A stretch of 62,544 nt of DNA from Thermoanaerobaculia bacterium (GTDB taxonomy: Bacteria; Acidobacteriota; Thermoanaerobaculia; Multivoradales; UBA5704). The DNA lies in assembly GCA_044226625.1 (NCBI GenBank), contig JBGAGQ010000035.1, forward strand, positions 1 through 62,544, in the 5' to 3' direction. Made by a program: the position numbers and the translations under genes. The notes beneath the pieces are model-generated. The model made no database searches, was not told where the DNA came from, and saw only the letters and a program-made list of their open reading frames with translations. Shown piece by piece: positions 37,100 to 46,950 of the stretch (position 1 is its first letter; each line of letters opens with the position of its first letter).

Positions 37100-39199
37100 T
37101 CAGAGTCGCGACGCGCGCGGGGTCAGCGCTTCCAGCCAGATCAACACCGGCCACCCCTTTCCGCGCAGGGCGGATTCTCTCGCATCCCGGCAGGCCGCTG
37201 CACGAATCGCCGCGAGCACACGCGGCTCGAAACGAGGCAAAGGGCCGAGCGAACGCCCGAGGAGAGCCGCCGCGCGGACCGCGCGGGCGGTGAGGCCCGT
37301 CGGGCACGCCGCGAGGAGCGCGGCGAGCGCCGCCAGGAGAGGCGCGCGATCTACCTCGACGCGGCGAGCCCCCGAGCCAATCAGCTCGAGCGCGGTACGA
37401 GCGAGGCGGTCGCCGGGGCGCTCCGGTGCGGCGAGGCGGTCCGCAACCCGAGTCGCCAGACGCTCGACGATCCGCGCCCGCTCGGGCCGGCGCGCGAGGT
37501 CCCACGCGGCCGAGCCGGTGCCGACGGAGCGCGCGGCGATCGCGAGGAGCGCCTCGAGCACCGGATCGGGCAGGGCGGCGAGGCGATCGTGGTCGAGCAA
37601 CTGAGGAAAGCTGGCCGCGAGCTCCGGGAGGAGAGGCAGCAGTTCCTCCGCGCCCATCGAATCGAGCAACCCTTCCTGGCCGGCGATGCGGGCGGCGAGC
37701 GCAGAGGGCACCCGCGTGCCCAGATCCTTCCGCAGGAGATGAAGGTAGGCGAGGAACCAGGCGCGCCTCTCCCCCGCCGGACCCGAAGGGGCCGCCCGTT
37801 CGACCGCCGCGAGGGCCGGCTGCAGAGCCACGTCCACGGGAAAGCTCGCGAGCGAACCCAAGATCGAGGGAAGCGCGGCCGGGCCATCCGCTTCACGGAG
37901 AGCGGAGAAATACGAGGTGAGGAAGGGCAGGGCGAACCCGGGCGCCGATACGAGCAGCCGCTCGATCCAGGTCGGGCCGTCCCCCCGAGCGAAGGTCCCC
38001 ACGGCGCGCAGGAGATCCGCGTCGCGGGCCGCGAGCGCGACCGCGATCCGGGCGGTCCGCGCGGCGAGCCCGCCTTGGCCCGCGAGCTCCGCGACCAGGT
38101 CTCCGGGGTCCACGGTTGCGATCGACTTTTCGCTTTCGGCGAACAGGCCGGCCGGATCGCCCGCGTCGAGCGCCGCTCTCGCGCTCTGCTCCAGACCATG
38201 GGCGAGAAGGCCGACCACCAGGCCGCCGAGGCGAGGAAGGGCGGCGTTCGCCGGGTGGCGCGCGATCTCGACGTCCCGGGCATCGGCACGGCGCAAGGTC
38301 TCCTCAACGAGACCCGGGGACGGCCCTGGCTCCCCGTCCTCCGGCAACGCCTGGAGGAAGCGGACTCTGGCGATCGCCCCCGCCGGATCGGCGAGCAACG
38401 ACAGGCCCGACACCGGCTCGATGCCGACCGCCGCGGCGGCGAGCCACTCGCGGATCGGCTCCGACGCCGCGTCACCCTGGATGTCGGCGCCCAAAGGCCG
38501 GACTGCGCCGCGGAGGAAGCGCTCGGCGAGCGCTCGGTCGTCGGGCACGAAGGCGGCGAATCGGTACGGCAGGGCGCGAGGCTGGCAGAAGCGGGACGTG
38601 AAGGAGAGCGCCGCCCGGTCCTCCGGCGGCACGGTGGAAAGGACCGACCGGCAGACCGCGACGGCGAGCGCTCCGTCGGCGACGGGCACGGCGAGCGGCC
38701 CCGCCAGGAGAGCGGAGAGGAAGGGCGCGAGCGCGTCGAGCTCGATTCCGGCCGGGCGATCGACGCCGCACGGCCGGCGCGACGCGACCTCGAACCGCGC
38801 GGGTTCGACCTCCGGAGCGGGAAGGTCGTCTCCTTCGGGCTTCGCATCGCTGAACCAACCCGCATCGGCGAGCAGGAAGAGATCGCCCCGCAGCGTCTCG
38901 AAGAGAACTCGGGAGAGGATCAGGGCGTGGGCGAGATATTCGTTCCCTCGCGCGCCCCGACCGAGCACCGTCGCGCGAAGGAACGCATGGCGCCCCCGGG
39001 AGGCGTCGAGGGGAAACGCGGCGTAGATCGGCTCGACCGTGGCGGCGGTGAGCGCCGTGCCCCCAAGATTTGCGTGCTGCTCCAACAGATCGCGCTCGGC
39101 GCGGCAGACGCCAGGGGACGCCGCGAGGAGGCGGTAGTCGCGGTCGCCCGAGCGAGAGCCGTAGATCGCCTGATCGAGGCGGAAGTCCGACGAGCCCAC
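37100..39199 (-). CDS. GTPase-associated protein 1 (GAP1-N2-like N-terminal domain plus alpha-helical extension)
   Basis: DQAIYGS...YRLLAASPG...GRGARGNEYLAHALIL; middle LSFTS segment; adjacent to GTPase; start uncertain (GTG 39199). Confidence 0.65.
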   Translation of the reverse strand: MGSSDFRLDQAIYGSRSGDRDYRLLAASPGVCRAERDLLEQHANLGGTALTAATVEPIYAAFPLDASRGRHAFLRATVLGRGARGNEYLAHALILSRVLFETLRGDLFLLADAGWFSDAKPEGDDLPAPEVEPARFEVASRRPCGVDRPAGIELDALAPFLSALLAGPLAVPVADGALAVAVCRSVLSTVPPEDRAALSFTSRFCQPRALPYRFAAFVPDDRALAERFLRGAVRPLGADIQGDAASEPIREWLAAAAVGIEPVSGLSLLADPAGAIARVRFLQALPEDGEPGPSPGLVEETLRRADARDVEIARHPANAALPRLGGLVVGLLAHGLEQSARAALDAGDPAGLFAESEKSIATVDPGDLVAELAGQGGLAARTARIAVALAARDADLLRAVGTFARGDGPTWIERLLVSAPGFALPFLTSYFSALREADGPAALPSILGSLASFPVDVALQPALAAVERAAPSGPAGERRAWFLAYLHLLRKDLGTRVPSALAARIAGQEGLLDSMGAEELLPLLPELAASFPQLLDHDRLAALPDPVLEALLAIAARSVGTGSAAWDLARRPERARIVERLATRVADRLAAPERPGDRLARTALELIGSGARRVEVDRAPLLAALAALLAACPTGLTARAVRAAALLGRSLGPLPRFEPRVLAAIRAAACRDARESALRGKGWPVLIWLEALTPRASRL

Positions 39200-39206
39200 G
39201 TAGCTC

Positions 39207-40346
39207 TCAACCCTGCGGCGCGAGCGCGAGCGCGCCGAGCGCGGCATAAGAAAAAGCGAGGTAGGCCTCGGCGGGGCTCTTGCCGTCGAACCGAAGCCCC
39301 TCGACCTCGAGGCATGCGCCGACCGCGTTCAGCACGATGAACGTCGTCGGTCCGGCGCTCCCGTCCGGTTTGAACTGCGACGGCTGGACCCTGCCGAGGT
39401 CCGCGTTCGGGCACCAGGGGAGCCCCGAACGATCCGTGCTCAGGAGGAGCTTCCGCGCCAGCGCCTGCGCAGCGAAGACGGCGGCGTTCGGGGTTCCCTT
39501 GGCGAGGGCAAAACGTTCGCTCACGCAGGGCGCGAAATCGCCCGGGAGATCTCCGTCGAGTCGTCGCTGCCGGTGGTCGAGCCGTTCGCGCGTCGAGCGC
39601 GGGAAGAAGCATTCGAGCTGCGCCTCCGCGGACTCGGACGAGAGCGGCGACCCGCCCGGCAGGGTCGCTCGGGCCGCGCGGATTTCGCGCAGCCACACGG
39701 CATCGAGGTCGGCTCCGGACGTCGCGCTCCCCGAGCCTTGAGTCGTTTCGGAGCTCTCGACTCTCGCGGAATCCGCCGCGGAGCCGCCCGGATCCTGAGG
39801 GCCCGAAGACCGATCCTTGAGCGCACCGCCGTCCCCCGAGGTCGAGCCGTTTTCGATCGCCCGCGATCGAGAGGTTCCTCGGCCGGCGAATCGGTCATAG
39901 GCGAGCCAGGTGGCTCCCGCCGTCACGAGGACCAGACAACCGGCCAGGAGCCAAACGATCCAGCTCCGCTCGCGCAGTCCGCCCGGGAGCCAGCTCCCTT
40001 CCTCCCGACGCTCGTTCCAGCCCCCGCGCGGACCGCGCCGCGAGGGGCTCGCCGCGGGCCCCGACCCCTCCTCGGCCAAGGAAATCCGGTCTCGCGAATC
40101 GCCCGCCGGCCTGCCGTACGTCTCGGACCCGAGGTGGCGCGCCTCCTCTCGGAGCGCCCGCTTCTGCCTCGATACGACCTCGCGAAGCGCCGCCTCGACC
40201 TTCGACTCCAGCTCGCGCCGAAACTCGGGTCGCGCCAGCTCCTCGCCGAGAACTCGGCGCACTACCGCCACGAGCTCTCGCTCGAGGGCGCGCGCGTCGT
40301 CCTCGTAGATTTCGTCCTCCGGATCGTCCATCCCGCGTCGGCTCAT
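39207..40346 (-). CDS. Bitopic membrane protein with Cys-containing extracytoplasmic domain and PG-binding-like DGxxGPxT motif
   Basis: Charged helical N-terminus, TM SWIVWLLAGCLVLVTAGATWL, Ser/Gly linker, PDGSAGPTT. Confidence 0.65.
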   Translation of the reverse strand: MSRRGMDDPEDEIYEDDARALERELVAVVRRVLGEELARPEFRRELESKVEAALREVVSRQKRALREEARHLGSETYGRPAGDSRDRISLAEEGSGPAASPSRRGPRGGWNERREEGSWLPGGLRERSWIVWLLAGCLVLVTAGATWLAYDRFAGRGTSRSRAIENGSTSGDGGALKDRSSGPQDPGGSAADSARVESSETTQGSGSATSGADLDAVWLREIRAARATLPGGSPLSSESAEAQLECFFPRSTRERLDHRQRRLDGDLPGDFAPCVSERFALAKGTPNAAVFAAQALARKLLLSTDRSGLPWCPNADLGRVQPSQFKPDGSAGPTTFIVLNAVGACLEVEGLRFDGKSPAEAYLAFSYAALGALALAPQG

Positions 40347-40450
40347 CGGGCGAGGGAAGAGCCTACCTCAGGAATACCCCGGTCCTTCCCGCGGCCAGCT
40401 CCGCGGCACCACGGGGTCTTCCAGGCCACTGCGGTAAAGTTTCGGCCGCC

Positions 40451-42520
40451 ATGACTTCGAAGACCGGTTCGCCGTCCGGCCCTCCCTCCGCTACCGATCC
40501 CCGCGCGCGCGCCGCGGAGCTCGCGACCTTGATCCGTCATCATGACCATCTCTACTACGTGCTCGACCGGCCGGAAGTGTCGGATGGGCAATACGACATC
40601 TGGTTTCGCGAGCTGACCGCCCTCGAAGAGGCGTTCCCGGAGGCCCGGAGCGCCGACTCCCCCACCCAACGCGTAGGAGGCGCACCGGTCGAGAGCTTCC
40701 CCACGGTCGAGCACGCGGCGCCGATGCTCTCGCTCGAATCGGACAACGCCGAAGCCTCGCTCCGCCGCTTCGACGAGCGGGTGAGGAAGGGCCTCGGACC
40801 GGAGACGCCCGTTCGGTACGTGCTCGAGCCGAAGCTCGACGGTCTGTCGATCGAGCTGGTCTACCAAGACGGGCTGCTGGTCCAGGCGGCCACCCGCGGC
40901 GACGGATTCCGCGGCGAAGGGGTGACCGAAAACGTCCGGACGATTCCGGCGGTTCCGCTGCGCCTGCTCGGCAATGAGCGGCCGATCCCGCCGTCGCTCG
41001 CCATCCGCGGCGAGGTGATCATGCGGAACGCCGAGTTCGACAAGCTGAACGAGCGGCTGGTGGCGGCGGGCGAGGAGCCGTTCGCCAACCCGAGGAACGT
41101 CGCGGCCGGGGCGATCCGCCAGCTCGACCCCAAGCAGACCGCGGCCAAGCCGCTCGACATGTACGCGTACGATGTCCTCTCCTTTGGTGGCGAGGACGCG
41201 CGTCCCGCGGACATCCGGTCGCAGAGGGACATCCTCGCGGCGCTCTCGGCCTGGGGCTTCCGGGTGAGCGACCGGATCTCGACCGGCGATGACGTCGAGG
41301 CGATCCTCGCCTACCACGCGGCGACGGAGAGCGATCGCGACGACCTCGGCTACGAGATCGACGGCATCGTGATCAAGCTCGACGACCTCGCCCAGAGAGA
41401 GACGCTCGGCTTCACCGCTCGCCATCCGCGCTGGGCGTTCGCCTACAAGTTTCCGCCGAGGAAGGAGATCACCCGGATCCTCTCGATCTTCCCCTCGGTC
41501 GGCCGCACCGGCGTGGTCACCCCGGTCGCCTTCCTACTTCCCGTCGAAATCGGCGGGGTCACGGTCGCGCGCGCCACGCTCCATAACCGCGAAGAGGTCG
41601 CGCGGAAGGATGTGCGGGAGGGAGACCGGGTGCGCATTCAGCGCGCGGGAGACGTGATCCCGCAGGTCGTCGAACGGATCGAAGAGCCCGACCGCGAACG
41701 GAGCGAGCCGTGGCGGATGCCCGCAGACTGCCCGTCCTGTGGCACCTCGTTGATCGAGAGAGGTCCGTTCACGGTCTGCCCGAACAGTTTCGAGTGCCCG
41801 GCTCAGCTGGTCGGTCGGATCGTCCATTTCGCCTCGCGCAACGCGCTCGACATCGAGGGTCTAGGGGACGAGAGCGCCAAGCTGTTCGCGACTCAGGGGC
41901 TCGTCCGCCAGCTCCCCGACCTCTTCGCGCTGCAAAGCGAACAGATCGCTTCGCTCCCTGGGTTCGCCCAGAAGTCCGCGACCAAGCTGGTCGAAGCGCT
42001 GGCGCGGGCCCGCAAGACCGAGCTCGCCCGCTTCCTCTATGCCCTCGGCATCCCGGAGGTCGGGACCGCCGTCGCGCGCGATCTCGCGCGACACTTCCGT
42101 ACCTTCGAGCGCCTCCGTTCGGCGAGCGCCGACGAGCTTCAGGGGATTACGGGCGTCGGACCGCGCATGGCCGAACAGATCCTCGCCTTTTTCGCCGAGC
42201 CTCGGATCGCCGAGGTCTTGGACGACCTGCGGCGCTTGATCGAGCTGGCGGAGGTCACGGCGCCGCCTCCGGCCGCGGCAAGCCCGCTGTCGGGTAAGAA
42301 ATTCGTCTTCACCGGCGGCCTCGAGAGCCTGTCGCGCGATCAGGCCAAGGAGCGGATCGAAAAGCTGGGTGCCAAGGCGGTGTCGTCGGTGAGCAAGGCG
42401 ACCGACTACGTCGTGGTGGGAGTCGATCCCGGCTCGAAGGCGGACGACGCCGCTCGGCTGGGAGTAAGGACGCTCGACGAAGCCGGCTTCCTCGCTCTCC
42501 TCGACGAGACCGAAACCTGA
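40451..42520 (+). CDS. ligA: NAD-dependent DNA ligase
   Basis: YY..D.P.VSD..YD, EPKLDG, TRGDG, FANPRN, AYKF, C4 zinc finger, HhH, BRCT. Confidence 0.98.
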   Translation: MTSKTGSPSGPPSATDPRARAAELATLIRHHDHLYYVLDRPEVSDGQYDIWFRELTALEEAFPEARSADSPTQRVGGAPVESFPTVEHAAPMLSLESDNAEASLRRFDERVRKGLGPETPVRYVLEPKLDGLSIELVYQDGLLVQAATRGDGFRGEGVTENVRTIPAVPLRLLGNERPIPPSLAIRGEVIMRNAEFDKLNERLVAAGEEPFANPRNVAAGAIRQLDPKQTAAKPLDMYAYDVLSFGGEDARPADIRSQRDILAALSAWGFRVSDRISTGDDVEAILAYHAATESDRDDLGYEIDGIVIKLDDLAQRETLGFTARHPRWAFAYKFPPRKEITRILSIFPSVGRTGVVTPVAFLLPVEIGGVTVARATLHNREEVARKDVREGDRVRIQRAGDVIPQVVERIEEPDRERSEPWRMPADCPSCGTSLIERGPFTVCPNSFECPAQLVGRIVHFASRNALDIEGLGDESAKLFATQGLVRQLPDLFALQSEQIASLPGFAQKSATKLVEALARARKTELARFLYALGIPEVGTAVARDLARHFRTFERLRSASADELQGITGVGPRMAEQILAFFAEPRIAEVLDDLRRLIELAEVTAPPPAAASPLSGKKFVFTGGLESLSRDQAKERIEKLGAKAVSSVSKATDYVVVGVDPGSKADDAARLGVRTLDEAGFLALLDETET

Positions 42521-42564
42521 CGACCCGAAGGGCTCCTGAACGCGCTGAACGTGGGGAAAAAGAC

Positions 42565-42598
42565 AAAAAAAGAGCCGGGGTGCCGTCCACACCCCGGC
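42565..42598 (-). terminator. Rho-independent terminator (minus strand)
   Basis: 9-bp stem gccggggtg/caccccggc (42574-42582/42590-42598) followed on minus strand by a T7 tract. Confidence 0.75.
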
Positions 42599-42941
42599 CA
42601 TCGCATCGCAAGGCGGACACCGGGTGGCCCCGATGCCCTCTGCTCCTAAAAGGGAGAGTCGAGCGACTTGTCAATTCCTACAGGCAATTACCGTGCCTGT
42701 TCGCTGAAGGGCTCCGCACCCCGAGAACCGGGGCCTCGAACGATCGGACGGGCACCGGGCGATGCAAAAAGGAAAACCGACCGCCCGTATCGGGCGGTCG
42801 CTCTGTAAATCTTGGAAAACGCGGAGAGCCCCGGACGGACCCGGGCACGGCCGCGAGATCCCGAGGAAGCGGCCGAACGGAATCCGGACGAGCGCGGCCG
42901 ACTACCGGACGACGGGGGCCGGCGCGGAAGGGGCTAGATCG

Positions 42942-44495
42942 TCAATCGTCGCCGTGCCCCCCACCATGGTCGTCGTCGTCCTCGTCGTCATCAGCGTCCT
43001 CAATCGGGACCCGGACGATCCCCTGGCCGGTGATCCGAAGCTCGGCGAGCCATACCGAGCTCGCCGCCTCGGTGCGACGGTCCGTCCAGGCCGCCCAGCA
43101 GCGCTCGCCGTTGGTCACGAGCCCTTGGTAGTCGCCGTAGATCTGGGCGGGCGCCGCGAGGACGTCGGACCGCTCGGTCGAGATCTCCCGCACCGAACGC
43201 CAGGTCGCTCCATAATCGTTGGAGGTCACCGCAACCCGTCGCGTCGTCAAGCCGCCGGGATCTCCCGAAGTATCGGTGAACGAGACCGCCAGACGTCCAT
43301 CGTGGCCATCGACGGCGATCGCCGGATGAAATTGGTCGGCGGCTCCGGCGATGGGGCTCACCTCGCGGGGGGCACTCCAGGTGGCTCCCGCGTCGCTCGA
43401 GGCGGCGAACCAGATCCGCGCACCGCTCGCGGGCGGGGTCGCCGGGTCATACCAAGCGACGAACAGCCGACGCCGGCCATGACGCTCGAGGATCGCCGTG
43501 GTGACGTGGTTCAGCGGGCTCCGCCCGGCGGCAGGGACGGAGAGGGTGGAAAACGGCTTCTCGATCGGAGCCACCGCGATCGGTGCACCGAACAGCGCGC
43601 CTCCGTCCTCGGAGACGGCTACGAAGATCGTCTTCCGGTTCGTGTCGGGCCAGAAGGCGAAGATCCTCCCCTCGGAATCGATCTCCAGGTCGCCACCGAA
43701 CCCGTGTGCGTCGGTCGGACTGACCCGGACGGGCTCGCTCCAAGCGGTCGCTCCGGGGCTTCTCCTGGAAACGAAAACCGCGCCGTTGTGCCAGATGATG
43801 TAGCGATTGCCTCGGAAGCTCGAATCTCGCGAATCGTCCACGCGGATCGTAGGCCGGTCGGAGATCCGACTGGTCCCCGAAAACGATCCGGCATAGGTCC
43901 AGGTCGCCCCCTCGTCGACGGAGGTAAAGGTCTGACCTCTGAGGACCAGCCCCTGACTGATCAGCCCCTCGATCGCCGCCGCCCACAGCGTGCCGTCCTC
44001 GTCCCAAGCGAGCGTGGGATCGCTCTGGAGAAAGGCGAAGGGAGAGGTCGTCGGCAGCTGGCTGCTGCGGAAAGTGCGGCCGCGATCGTGGGATATGAAC
44101 ACCGCCTGCCGGAATCCCGAGGGCGTGCTCGCGTTCGCGCCGATCGCTAGGAGCTTCGAGTTCCGCTTCGAAACCGCGATCGCCACTTCGCTCAGAGGGA
44201 AGGTCACGTCTCCCGAGACCTTCCGATTCAGGCCGTGATCGAGCAGACCCGGCGGTTCGGCGGGGGCGGGTTTTCGGGACTTCGCCTCCTCCGACTCCGC
44301 CAACAGCTCCCGGATCCGCTCGGTGTACTGCGAGCCTTGGCCGGCGCTCCCGAGCAAACGCTCGAGCGCCTCGGATTCGACCGTCACGGAGTCCGGCGGC
44401 GAGCCGCCCTCACCAACGGCTCGCGCGATCGAGCCTTCGGACGACAGGAAGAGAAGACCCGAGAGTCCCAGGGTGAAGAACGCTTGTCGTTTCAT
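42942..44495 (-). CDS. Secreted BNR/Asp-box (sialidase-like) beta-propeller protein
   Basis: SD GAGGAGG, signal peptide, SxDxGxT[WF] boxes ([40 protein letters not shown]), GDY. Confidence 0.85.
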   Translation of the reverse strand: MKRQAFFTLGLSGLLFLSSEGSIARAVGEGGSPPDSVTVESEALERLLGSAGQGSQYTERIRELLAESEEAKSRKPAPAEPPGLLDHGLNRKVSGDVTFPLSEVAIAVSKRNSKLLAIGANASTPSGFRQAVFISHDRGRTFRSSQLPTTSPFAFLQSDPTLAWDEDGTLWAAAIEGLISQGLVLRGQTFTSVDEGATWTYAGSFSGTSRISDRPTIRVDDSRDSSFRGNRYIIWHNGAVFVSRRSPGATAWSEPVRVSPTDAHGFGGDLEIDSEGRIFAFWPDTNRKTIFVAVSEDGGALFGAPIAVAPIEKPFSTLSVPAAGRSPLNHVTTAILERHGRRRLFVAWYDPATPPASGARIWFAASSDAGATWSAPREVSPIAGAADQFHPAIAVDGHDGRLAVSFTDTSGDPGGLTTRRVAVTSNDYGATWRSVREISTERSDVLAAPAQIYGDYQGLVTNGERCWAAWTDRRTEAASSVWLAELRITGQGIVRVPIEDADDDEDDDDHGGGHGDD

Positions 44496-44747
44496 GATGT
44501 CCTCCTCGGTTGCTGGTTCCGGTCCTGCCCGGTACGGCGGAAACGAAAGGGGGACCCAATCAACAGTGTTCCCAGGGAGCGCCGAAGAGACCGGCGCATC
44601 CGCCATGCGCCGATCGGACGTATCCTTCTCTCGCAAGCCGGCTCTCGAAGGGCCGGGCCGAATCGCCGGACACGGGAATTCGCCCCGAGACGGACGACCA
44701 CCCAACCCGACGTCAATCCGGCCGAGAAAGAGAGAAAGGACCGAACG

Positions 44748-45269
44748 ATGAAGATCCTCAGCGTGATGCTCCTGGTCCTGGTCGCCGGCCTCGTGGCGGC
44801 GTTCGCGTTCGCACGAACCGGCGCCAAAGAGGCTGCCGCCCATCCGACCGCACCCCAAAAAGGAACGACCGTGATCGACAAGGTAGAAAAGTCCGACGAC
44901 GAGTGGCGTAAGTTGTTGACGCCCGAGCAATTCCAAGTCCTGCGCAAAGCCGGAACAGAACGCGCTTTCACGGGTAAGTACTGGAACAACCACGACAAGG
45001 GAACATATGTTTGCGCCGCCTGCAAGCTGCCCCTATTCAGCTCGGCGACCAAATTCGAGTCGGGCACGGGCTGGCCGAGCTTTTGGGCCGCGATCGACCC
45101 GTCGCACGTGCTCGAGAAGAGCGACTGGTCGTTCGCCATGCGCCGCACGGAAGTGCTCTGCGCCCGCTGCGGCGGCCACCTGGGACACGTCTTCGACGAC
45201 GGTCCGAAGCCCACGGGTCTGCGCTACTGCATGAATTCCGCGGCCCTCGACTTCGTCCCCGACAAGTAG
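44748..45269 (+). CDS. msrB: Peptide methionine-R-sulfoxide reductase with signal peptide
   Basis: [37 protein letters not shown]. Confidence 0.95.
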   Translation: MKILSVMLLVLVAGLVAAFAFARTGAKEAAAHPTAPQKGTTVIDKVEKSDDEWRKLLTPEQFQVLRKAGTERAFTGKYWNNHDKGTYVCAACKLPLFSSATKFESGTGWPSFWAAIDPSHVLEKSDWSFAMRRTEVLCARCGGHLGHVFDDGPKPTGLRYCMNSAALDFVPDK

Positions 45270-45405
45270 AAACTCGTTCGCTGTCGTTTCATCTCAAGGG
45301 GCTGCCCGCCGTACCGGGGTCGCCCCGTTTCCGTCCCCGCCCGCGATCCGCGCGCCTCGCCTGGTGCTATCGTCCCGCCCGATGCCCACGACATCCGAGG
45401 TGCCC

Positions 45406-46950
45406 ATGAAGCTCCGATCGCTTCGATCGCTCCGCGTGCTCGCCGCGGTCGTGCTGTCGATCCTGTCGGCCCTGCCGCTGCCAGCCCAGAGCATCGCGTC
45501 GTTCGAAAAGCAGGTGACCGTGCACCGGCTGGCCAACGGCTGGACGTTCGTCCTGGTGAGGCGGCCGGTCGCTCCGGTGTTCACGTTCGTCACTTTGGCC
45601 GACGTCGGCTCCGCGCAGGAGGCGCCGGGGATCTTCGGTCTCGCGCACATGTTCGAGCACATGGCGTTCAAAGGGACGCCAAACATCGGTACGACCGACT
45701 GGCCTGCCGAGGAAAAAGCGCTCGCCGCGGTGGAGACCGCCTATCTGGCCTACCAGAAGGAACGACTTTCGGCGCGTCCCGATCCCCAGAAGGTCGCGGC
45801 GCTGCTCGCCGAGTTCAAGGCCCGAGAAGTGAATGCGGGGCGCTTCGTGGTGAAGGGCGAATTCGACTCGCTGATCCAGCGGGAAGGAGGCGTCGGCTTG
45901 AACGCCAGCACCGGCGCCGACACCACCCGTTATTTCTACTCGCTGCCGGCGAACAAGCTGGAGCTGTTCGCCTACCTCGAGTCGGAGCGTTTCTTCCATC
46001 CCGTCTTCCGCGAGTTCTACCAGGAGCGCGACGTCGTGCAGGACGAGCGCCGGTATTCGGTCGACAGTCAGCCCTTGGGCAAGCTGCTCGAACAGTTGCT
46101 CGGTTCCGCGTTCGTCTCCCATCCGTACGGCCATTCGACGATCGGCGCGATGTCCGACCTGGGAACTTTCACCCGAACCGACGCGGAGACCTTTTTCCGC
46201 TCCTGGTATGCCCCCGGAAATCTGCTCACCGTGCTGGTTGGCGACATCGATCCCACGACGGCGATCCCGATGATCGAAAAGTACTTCGGCCGCATCCCGG
46301 CGCGCGAGACGCCGCCGCCGCTGCGCACGGTCGAGCCCGAACAGATCGCCGAAAAGACCATCCTCCTCCGCGATCGTTCCGAGCCGCTTTATCTCGAGGC
46401 GTACCACAAGGGGGCGATCACCGATCCGGACGAAGCGGTGTGGGACGTGCTCGACCAGGTGGTGGCGAACGGCCGCGCCTCTCGCCTCTACCGCTCGTTG
46501 GTGCGCGACAAACGGATCGCCGTCTCGGTGAGCACCTTCAATGGCATCCCGGGCTCAAAGTATCCGAATCTGTGGGGGGTGTTCGTGGTTCCCGCGCAAG
46601 GAGCGGGCCTCGACAAGGTCCGCGACGCCATCCGCTCCGAGCTCGACCGGCTCGAGGCGGGCGACGTATCGGACGCCGAGCTCGCCCGAGCGAAACGAAA
46701 GGTCCGCGCGAGCTTGGTGAGAGACCTCCAGACGAACGAGGGCCTGGCCCGACAATTCGCCGACTTTCAGCGCTACTTCGGCGACTGGCGTGAGACGTTC
46801 CGCTACCTCGACCGGGTCGACGCGGTGTCCAAGGCGGACCTCTCGCGGATCGCCACGAAGACATTCACCGACGCACACCGGACCGTGGGGGAAATCTTGC
46901 GCGACGATCAGCCGGCCCCCGGCCCGACCACGGAGGACGGCGGCCAATGA
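45406..46950 (+). CDS. M16 (pitrilysin) metallopeptidase, catalytic subunit
   Basis: Signal peptide, LANG, GLAHMFEHMAFKGT (HxxEH), NAST, ERDVV.DER, HPY. Confidence 0.92.
   Translation: MKLRSLRSLRVLAAVVLSILSALPLPAQSIASFEKQVTVHRLANGWTFVLVRRPVAPVFTFVTLADVGSAQEAPGIFGLAHMFEHMAFKGTPNIGTTDWPAEEKALAAVETAYLAYQKERLSARPDPQKVAALLAEFKAREVNAGRFVVKGEFDSLIQREGGVGLNASTGADTTRYFYSLPANKLELFAYLESERFFHPVFREFYQERDVVQDERRYSVDSQPLGKLLEQLLGSAFVSHPYGHSTIGAMSDLGTFTRTDAETFFRSWYAPGNLLTVLVGDIDPTTAIPMIEKYFGRIPARETPPPLRTVEPEQIAEKTILLRDRSEPLYLEAYHKGAITDPDEAVWDVLDQVVANGRASRLYRSLVRDKRIAVSVSTFNGIPGSKYPNLWGVFVVPAQGAGLDKVRDAIRSELDRLEAGDVSDAELARAKRKVRASLVRDLQTNEGLARQFADFQRYFGDWRETFRYLDRVDAVSKADLSRIATKTFTDAHRTVGEILRDDQPAPGPTTEDGGQ

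Noticed and set aside
27633-40346. Operon as a recently acquired mobile element
   Set aside because: No transposase, integrase or terminal repeats seen; base composition looks similar to the flanks by eye
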